Assembly: GCF_009914755.1 (NCBI RefSeq)
Contig: NC_060944.1
Length of the DNA stretch: 64,000 bases
Reading direction: 5' to 3' (one strand)
Source: the human T2T-CHM13v2.0 reference genome, Homo sapiens
Below, in pieces: positions 55,306 to 64,000 of this stretch. Every line of letters begins with the position of its first letter. Within the stretch, counting starts at the first letter, position 1. The notes beneath the pieces are model-generated. The model ran no database searches. It was not told where the DNA came from and saw only the letters and a list, made by a program, of their open reading frames with translations. Both the position numbers and the translations under genes were made by a program.

Positions 55306-55364
55306 AGAGCCTCCCTCCACCATTTTGCCTTTAAACATTTCTGCAAAAATCTTTATAAAGTTCC

Positions 55365-55495
55365 TTTTTTTTTTTAAGTGACAGTGTCTGCAGGCTATTC
55401 ACCGGCACAATCATATTGCACTACAGCCTAAACTCCTGGACTCAAGTGATCCTCCCACCTCCTGAGGAGCTGGAACTTGCAACACCATGTCCAGC
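55365..55495 (-). mobile_element. FAM (fossil Alu monomer)
   Basis: ggctattcaccggcacaatcatattgcactacagcctaaactcctggactcaagtgatcctccc retains the 7SL-like gctattcac segment; poly-T tail. Confidence 0.75.
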
Positions 55496-56199
55496 TCTTG
55501 CAAAAATCATGATGCTTAATTTTGCAAGTTTGCAGACTCTCATGTGAGAAGACAATGTTAGGACTTCTATTAATATTTATCTTTTTATCTCCAATGATGA
55601 ACTCAATTAAGCTTTACTGAAATTTAACACGTGCCTGACACTTGCACCCTTCTTGCTAGGTCATCTATCAGACTGTCCTAGGTCAGGTTCAATGTATGAG
55701 CTGTACTAAGAAAGAGAAGGAGAGGGAGCGAGGGGCTGGCAGTAGAGCCCTCATTTACTTTCAGCACAGGGAGAGGTACCATGGTTTACATGAGCCTCCA
55801 AACTGAAGTGTTGAACTTTATTATCCTATAAATCGTATTATCTTTACAATTCACTGTTCTGAGGCAGAGCATGAACATGGAAATCTTTTGTCGCACACAC
55901 GAGTTTGCCATTTATCTCACAGGAAAGATCTTATAAAAGCTGAAATTTGAATATAAAGATGAGTTGCTCATTTTTCTTTTTTATGGAAAGACAAATGTCC
56001 TAAATTTGGTGACCTTTTCTGTGATGACAAGGAGCTGAATTCGTTCATTCGGCGTGTACTCACTGAAAAAATATTTACTCTGCAGCAGGTGCTGAGGCTA
56101 CATCCAGGGTTGGTATTCACCTGGAAAACACCCGCATGGCTGGCGTCCTGGTCAGTGCCAAACTGGTGTCCTTATGTACCCACTGTTAAATATTTCCAC

Positions 56200-56560
56200 T
56201 CTCACCCTTGGAGGCACCAGTGAACAAAGCAGACAGAAATCTCTGCCCTCACGCAGGGGGCACGGTGTGAGTAAAATCAGTGAATTACATAGTAACTGAG
56301 AGGGTGATAAAGGCTGTGGGAACACACAGCATGGGCAGCCCAGGCAGTGCTGGGAGGTGTGGGTGCACATGTGTGCGGGGCTCTCGCATAGGGAGACAGT
56401 GAAGAGGGGCCAAGGGAACATGCCACGTGGGCATCTGGGGAGCAGTAGAGGCAGGGGGCATGGAGGGCACAGGCCTCCCCTGAAGGCCTGGATGCTGAGG
56501 GAGGCAGGGCCCCTGGTGAGGGTGAGCTGGCAGTGACGTGGCTGACTCACACTTTAGTCG
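56200..56560 (-). mobile_element. L2 fragment
   Basis: cagtgaacaaagcagacagaaatctctgccctca ... catctggggagcag ... aggcagggcc. Confidence 0.55.
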
Positions 56561-56914
56561 CTGGCCCTGGCTGATGCTCCGAGGAGACTGGGGAGGAGGC
56601 CACGGTCAGCAATGCGCCCTTAGCCATTCCTTTAGGAAGAAAGATACTGCTCCCACAAAAGAAAAGGAGAGCGCTGACACTGAGTGAGAGAGTAACTGCT
56701 ATTTGAAAGAAACATGCTGTAAAGAGAAAGCCTTCAATTGAGATGTTGGAAAATGTTGCCTTCAGCATGGGAATTTATTGTCGAAGATGGTTTCTGTTTT
56801 CAGAAAGCACTCATATCTCTACTATCAAAACACTCATAAACAGAATTTTATTTGTTTCTAAACTTCCAAATAAGAGCTGAGTACATTTTGAATCTGTTTG
56901 TCCAAAAAAAATAC

Positions 56915-57106
56915 ATTTTTTATACATATAATATATGTTATATATAATATATATGTATTTTTTATATTACATATAATACATATGTATTTTATATAATATA
57001 TAATATATATGTATTTTATATATATTATATATAATATATATGTATTTTATATATATTATATATAATATATATGTATTTTATATATATTATATATATAATA
57101 TATATA
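56915..57106. repeat. AT-rich minisatellite, ~31-bp period (tatataatatatatgtattttatatatatta)
   Basis: gtatttt recurs at 57011, 57042 and 57073, with more degenerate copies upstream. Confidence 0.9.
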
Positions 57107-57196
57107 CCAATACAATAAGAAATATATGAGCTGTACTAAGCTGTACTAAGAAAGAGAAGGAGAGGGAGCAAGGGGCTGGCAGTAGAGCCCTCATTC

Positions 57197-57562
57197 AATA
57201 TATATATATATAGACCTATATATATATACACACACACACCTATATATATATATACACACACCTATATATATATACATACACACCTATATATATATAGACC
57301 TATATATATATAGACCTATATATATATAGACCTATATATATATAGACCTATATATATAGACCTATATATATATAGACCTATATATATAGACCTATATATA
57401 TATAGACCTATATATATAGACCTATATATATATAGACCTATATATATAGACCTATATATATAGACCTATATATATATAGACCTATATATATATAGACCTA
57501 TATATATATATAGACCTATATATATATAGACCTATATATATATATATATACACACACACACA
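57197..57562. repeat. VNTR of (TA)n-GACC units with (CA)n variants
   Basis: Directly visible: tagacctatatatata repeated with variable TA counts. Confidence 0.95.
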
Positions 57563-58929
57563 AATAAATAAAATATATATATACCAATACAACAACTGAT
57601 CTCACATCAAGGAAGATGGAAATTTCCTTCCAAATGTCAACAGGAACCTTCATAGAACTGGTGGCTAAGAATGTAAACTGAGCACGAACCTGTGATTTAG
57701 GAGGTCAAGACAACAATCTGCTCCAGCTGGTCTATGTCCTCTTTGCAAAGTTTTGTTTCCGGCTATGAAACCAAGTTATCAAAATACACTGAGCTTAGAT
57801 GGACCCCTTGGAATCACTGAATCACAGAACTATTAAACTAAGATTATAAAAATAAAGCAGCACATTTTAATTCCACTGCACTCACTAAAGCACTACTGAT
57901 ATCCTAATAAAAGCAAAACAATTTTACACTATTGAATATAAAATACTTCAGATTACTATTTCCTCTTTATTGCATCCTTTAAAAATTCTCAGTATTGACT
58001 ATACTTTATGTCATAATGTACTAGTAAAGCAGAACTTGTACATACTTTAAAATAAATCAGTATATGCACTACTGAATGGCATGCTTAAGAGGTTTTTTTG
58101 CTTTTTTTTTTTTTTTAGGTCTTTGGGTGGGGTATGTAATAAGAAAAAGCCTGCAGGCTTCTGAGGTAGGTAGTGGGTTGGAGGCAGGTGTCCTCACCCA
58201 CTAAAGTGAGGACTGCGACAGTCCGGCCTCTGTGCCCTCCTCTGGAATGGAATGGGGAGTGGCGACCATACAGCCTCAAGAGCATGCTGTTCACCAAGAC
58301 CCTTGCGCCCTGAAAAAATGCCTTAGCACCCTGGAATGGGCCATGGACACCAATATAATAAATTATAATCAGCGTATGAATATCTTTTTGTAAAACAAAC
58401 AAATTAACAAAGTTATGACATTTCCCACCTATCAAGTTATAGATGACACACACGTGAAGAGATAACTAATGAGAGGTACACAAAAACGTGAATTATTTGA
58501 AGCAGCAGCTAGAAATAATCTTTTCCCTTCGAGCTCCCATGACCCACTGATTCTCTCTCTTGTATCTTGTGTTGCAGTGACTCAACAAATACTCACTGGG
58601 CACTGACCACATGCCTCTCCCAGAGCATAGGCTGCATCCTACCCTATGTCACAGTTATAACCCATCCTGGCTGTGAAGCCCCCTGAGGCCACTCACCTCT
58701 GCCTGCCCTCTACAGTGCTTGCCACGGCTATACCGATGTTGGTTGCAGGAAGAACACAGAAGCATGGCCACCCTGATTTACCATGGCACATGTGGCAGGG
58801 TCTGGGCCCTGAGATGTTCTTCTAGTTGGGGCTGGGAGAACGAGCGAGGGGCCAGGCCCTCCTCTACACTGCTGCATCCATCAGCTCAACCGTTCATTCA
58901 TTCTTCAGTCTCATATTTATATATACTTC

Positions 58930-59030
58930 ATTCCATACATCCTTACAATAATCTGTCTTGGAGGGATTATTTTCCTCATTTTAGAGTAAGGAAACTGACA
59001 GAGGTAAAGTATTCAAAGCCAAAAACTAAG
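58930..59030 (-). mobile_element. MIR
   Basis: atccttacaataatc...cctcattttagagtaaggaaactga. Confidence 0.55.
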
Positions 59031-62000
59031 TTATTATTTAATTTAAACTAACATCAAAACCCAAGGTCTGAGGTCAGCTATGACATGTTACCTGCTAAGC
59101 TGGGCATGACAATAAACAAGATACACTTTAAAATTTATCTGGCACTTGTAGTAAAATTGCTGCCATGAAGGAAAGAGAATATCCCCAAACTCTTCTGTGC
59201 AAGAACTCTTCTCACTGAGAACCAAGACTTGACCATAAGGGTCCAGTGTTATGGTGTCAGTTACACGGCCCAACATGAGACGTAGAAAAAGGTTTTACAT
59301 TGCTTTATGTTTCCCCTAAATTAAAAAACAAACAAAACATGTTTACTATCCTACTGAGTTATTGTCAGGGGCATTTTAGTTAAACAATTGGTCTACATAA
59401 CAAACCCACTGAGGAAACTGGCGGTTCAGCTCGTGCACACATATGGGCATACCAGCTCTGACAGCACACAGCAGCTCTGGAACTCCAAAGCATGACTGAC
59501 CTGCTACCTTATTGAATCTTGATGACCTAAAAAAGTGATCACTGGGCAAATTAATCCAGAGAGAAGGAGTGTGGAATCAGAGTCTGGAAATTTATGTCAG
59601 AGAAAGCCAATATAAGTTAAAAGGAAAGCGCATCTCATCCCAATCTGAGCTGAAACCCACACTTAGGCTAAAATTCTACAAAAAATGGGGTGGTTTATGT
59701 GAAGTGCTTTCCTTAGTCAAATTTTCTGCAAAAATTATATGCATTTGACAAAATTATAGAGCATAAGTACAAAACCAATCTGTTTCTTTTTATTCAAATA
59801 ATTTAGATGTTGTTTTCTGATGTAGTCTTCTGATGTGCATATGTCATTATAAGCAAAGAATGTTTATCCTGTTAAAGAGGCATACATTCTATTTTTCTAA
59901 ATCAATGAGTAAACGGTATTTCTGAGACATTCTAAAGAGGCTCTTCTTTTTATAGGGGTTAAAAATTATATGAAAATACTCCTTAAATTTAAAACTAACT
60001 TACATTTTTACTGATATTCTTATTAAAATTGGTTTCTTTGGAGTATAAATTCAATTTAACTGAGTTCAATTTTTTTAATTTCAAAAGTGGGAAGAAAACA
60101 CACATCACAGCTAAGCCGAACTCTCAGCAGGCAAATGTAATGTGATGACAGTTGCCATCTTCTGGGAGAAAGCTATGGCTCTTGGATGTTAAAGGCAGAG
60201 CATGATAGTAAGCAGCAGCAGCTCTCTCCATCAGCTCTACGCCTTCTTTAAATTCCACTGAGGATGGCAGTTTGGATGGAGACCCCAAAATCTATTCTGT
60301 CCATCTGTTTTATTATTCTTAGAACAACTGTCAAAAGTTGCCCAGGGATCAAGTTGCAAACATACTAATTTGCCTTTGAAAAGTAGGCCCTGGGGGAATT
60401 CTGGAACTCTGCTTATAAATTCAGAATCCCATCAGCCAGCAAGCCTGCCCTACCCTTTGTGGAGGTATGAGACTTTGCACTTCCAGGCATACATCTGCCT
60501 CAAAGCCGGGATGCACTGATATACTCACATCCCACTTCATAGGCAAATGAAGGGAGAACCAAAGGGACTTGGCATCTTAAGGGCTGGCTTGTTCCATGAC
60601 AAGCAGACCCTGAGGTTTCAGGAGGCAGCCCCTTCATTGGTGTTGGATTAAGGACCAAAGCTTTGTGCTGGAGAGTTTAAACAAGTGGACAAGGCAGAGG
60701 GACAACATATTCTGTGCTCTTTTATATCCTAGGACCAAAGAGGAAGATTGAAGACCGAAATAAAGCATTAGAAAAAATAAGCTAAGGAAAGATAAAAATC
60801 ATAAGCCACTAAACATTGTAGCATTTCATTTTTGTGATTCTGATGAAAAGAGTTACAAAAAGACCATCTGAACATACAGAATATCAGGTGTAGGTTTTCT
60901 AAGGAATAATGAGAAATCACCCAAGAGTTGGCTATTTAAAATATTGTGGCATTTTGGGGACATGCTATCCTACTAGAAACGAAAGCAGCTGTGCACTTCT
61001 CAAGTTGAATGTGTTAAAGCCATGTGCAAAACACAATGTAAACATTAAAGTGCATCTGGACTCCCTAGGGCTGGCACACGGGACACCTGATCATCACGGA
61101 GGAGAAAAGGGAGTGGGCACCAGCACAGAACCCTGCAGTATCCTTCCTTCCTCCACCCTGGCCCCAATGGTCTCTATCTAAGGCTTTCAAAGCACAGGGC
61201 CTCAGAAATGTATCTGAAGCACAAAATTCAAAGTACCCCTTTTAGAGTGTGGTAAAATTCCTCAGTAGTAAAACAGAAAGGACACCCTTTCAAGGCTAAC
61301 ATGATGGCATTTGGGTCGTACTCACCCCTAGATTACCAAAAAAGTATTCTGCTTTCATTAAAAAATTTACTTGAGTGTGTTGCAAATTACTCCAGCACGG
61401 AAACCTGCTGGGAGCTCACTGTATACGCCAGGGCAGACTCTGCACAGAAGGGACCACCATTTGGACTTGCCTGCTTTGTCCTTCTTTGGCTTTGCAGCGT
61501 CTCTTATTCTAATAAGGTATGTATTATCCTTTTTAGAGATTTGAATAACAGAAAGTCTCACTTTCAAAATATTGCTTATAATCCCAGAGTCCACTAAACG
61601 TTCTGTGGATGCTGTTTATGGCATTCTGTTCCTTTCAACATGGGACTGATAATTAGTAAACTGAAATTTGATTAATGTTGGATTAAGAGGTTCTGATGTC
61701 TCACTGCAATGTGTTATTTCAGTCTGTGGGCACCAGAAGAGATTGTCTTTAGGAAACTTGTTCCCTTCCCTTTCCAGAATAGGAGGATGGGCTTAAAACC
61801 CTGACTTTTTTTTTTTTTGTTAAAGAATTCAGTTTGTAGTCAACAGTTTATAATGTAGGATTCAGTTTTTTTTTTTTCTGTCTCACTGTTTTTTGTTTGT
61901 TTTCTCACTTTGAAGCTGGGGCCAATGAATTAACTATTTAAGAGAGAACAAAATAAACCTGAAATAAAAGTCTTCTTCCAAAAATGCCAAGGGTGGGCCT

Positions 62001-63823
62001 TCCTGGTTGAGTAAGTGATTTGGCATGGATAAACGGTTCAGACAGCTTTAGATCTCACCAGGCTTTGTACCCGCTTTTGATAATATTAAGAACTCCTCTG
62101 AAAACAAAGGAGCCGTGTGATATAAGTATCAAAGCCTATGAAAATGACTAGATAATATTTAAAGGGAAAATTAATAAATTTAGACTACTTTGTGCTTTTT
62201 TAAATTATGATTTTTATTAGGATTCATTAGGATTATAAAAAGTCTTGTAATGGCCAGACTTTTTTCTATGCTTCATGGCCAGAAGATTCCATGTCTCTTC
62301 CTTGCCTGTGTTTTAAAATTTATAATCTTGTTTGCCTACTGCTGAAAAGTGTGGAAGAATCAGGAATAATGGCTCCCTTTGAAGCTCTGTCATTCCCAAA
62401 GTAACCATCTGAATGCTAAAGAAATATTGTCATTTATGGAATGACCTTTTGCTCTTTGAATACTCAGACATTAATAAATGTTAAATGCTTAGCAATCCTA
62501 GCAGCACTATGAAAAAGGTAAGTTGGGTCAGCAAATACCCTCTTGCATGCTTTTGATATGATGACCATTTCCACTTTTCTAACAGCTTTCTAATAGCAAA
62601 AATGTATTTGGGAACAACAGTGGAATTTGTGTCATCATGACCAAATGATTACGGTGCAAACCCGAGATTCTTCTGGGGCCCAGCAGGCTTCTGGTCCCTA
62701 TGGAAACGAAACCTCAGATATTGTCCTCCACTCAGCTGGAGGACGAAGCGCCAGGAGGCTTTTGTGCTTGGTGAGATTTCTTCCACAACCTTCCCGCAAC
62801 AGACCCTAGTGCTTCCTCCAGACTCTTTTCTAATTGAGATGCAAATTAATCTCTCTGGCTGATTACACTTCCCTTAAAGCTACTGACAAATGCAGCTGTA
62901 ACCAGAGTTTGCGGACTTTCCAACAAGTGACTTCAGCTGTCAGTATTTGCATGCTCAGCCAAGGCCCGCCCGCTCCCAGTCTCAGAGCCATGGAGAGCTT
63001 CCTTTAGGCATTACAAGCCTGTTTTATTTATGTGTATACAATTTACATACAATTAAGAGTTAAAAACAAAAAACCACAACTAGGTCCCTAGGATTTATAA
63101 ATGGACTCTGACAATGAAATTAGGCCTTTTCAGACACTTCTTTCTGACCCAGGTCTAGAGAGTCACTCCTTTCTCAGGAGGCCAAGGCTTTGATGGTACA
63201 TTTCCCTCCCACTTCCTTCTTGTCTGCAAGGTTTCTGACTTTAACAATGTTTGAATTCAATCTCTCTTTCAAAAACCAACTAAATAAACTAATGGCTCTA
63301 AGAAAATGGGATCACTTCCTTTATAGTGATCTCAATAAGATTCTGTTAATTTAAAATCAAATATGAAGTTACCATTCTAATTGCCAAGATTTCCATATAA
63401 ATGTGCTTCAACAACTTAGGGGTGATAATGTTAGAATGATTATTTAGAGCACAATAAAAATATGCACAAAACACCCAGTAAGAAGAAAAAAACACAAAAA
63501 CCAATTTTTCGGTAAAAATTATTTGCTTCCTCTTGAATCCTATCTATTTTTGAGTTCCTACTATGTGTCAGGTGCTATTTTAAGTGTTCAGGATCCAGCT
63601 GTAAACTAAACATTCAAAAATGGAAAAGAGAGAGTTAATGTATATTTATATACATACATATGCATACATATTCTATTCCTAAGGCTATATTTCACCTTAG
63701 GCAATTAAGGCCTTCAATTTTGAAAAAGTATCATTTTATAAAATATGATTTACTTTTGGCTTCTGTTTTCCAAAATGTTTCTTACCAAATTACTCTCCAG
63801 CTTCTTCCCTCCCCCCGCAGGCC

Positions 63824-63825
<2 letters not shown>

Positions 63826-63890
<65 letters not shown>
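63826..63890. repeat. Perfect (CA)32 microsatellite, (UG)32 in the RALGAPA2 pre-mRNA
   Basis: 65 uninterrupted alternating C/A bases. Confidence 0.97.
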
Positions 63891-63893
<3 letters not shown>

Positions 63894-64000
63894 CATACTA
63901 GGGGACAGCAGCAGAATGGACACAAGGCCCCCACTGGGAAAGCCAGCACTGTGGCAAGAGTGCCACATCTGAGACAGAGGATAGAGGAGGTTCAGGCTGG

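Noticed and set aside
57197-57562. Regularly interspaced repeat resembling a CRISPR array
   Set aside because: Spacers are only variable TA runs in mammalian intron DNA; it is a VNTR.
61138-61145. GTATCCTT U12 donor consensus
   Set aside because: It lies on the plus strand, antisense to RALGAPA2, with no partner exon evident.
63745-63972. Plus-strand ORF with poly-(His-Thr) and an acceptor at 63820
   Set aside because: This is the translation of the (CA)n microsatellite; no other evidence for an antisense exon.

Overview
Primate (human-like) genomic DNA, almost entirely intronic. Only one protein-coding exon is supportable: a 122-nt minus-strand exon (10554-10675) encoding [41 protein letters not shown] recognise this as the C-terminal end of RALGAPA2 (Ral GAP catalytic alpha-2 subunit; the neighbouring gene beyond its 3' end is INSM1). 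The rest consists of the two flanking introns, filled with Alu/FLAM/FAM, L1, L2, MIR, MaLR LTR and DNA-transposon relics, microsatellites and several CpG-retaining, motif-dense non-repetitive islands. Most notable observations: (1) the exon's acceptor has a perfect U12 branch site (TTTCCTTAAC, 12 nt before the exon) and no pyrimidine tract, so the upstream intron looks like a minor-spliceosome intron of at least 53 kb; (2) a ~65-bp local segment has been copied 1.4 kb away into an AT-rich VNTR between 18-bp direct repeats; (3) a (UG)32 tract lies beside strong cryptic splice sites, a TDP-43-type arrangement; (4) there are candidate alternative/poison mini-exons; (5) there are candidate POU/bHLH neural-neuroendocrine enhancers. 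No RNA genes, CRISPR arrays or prokaryotic systems were seen. Repeat subfamily calls and boundaries are by eye and approximate.
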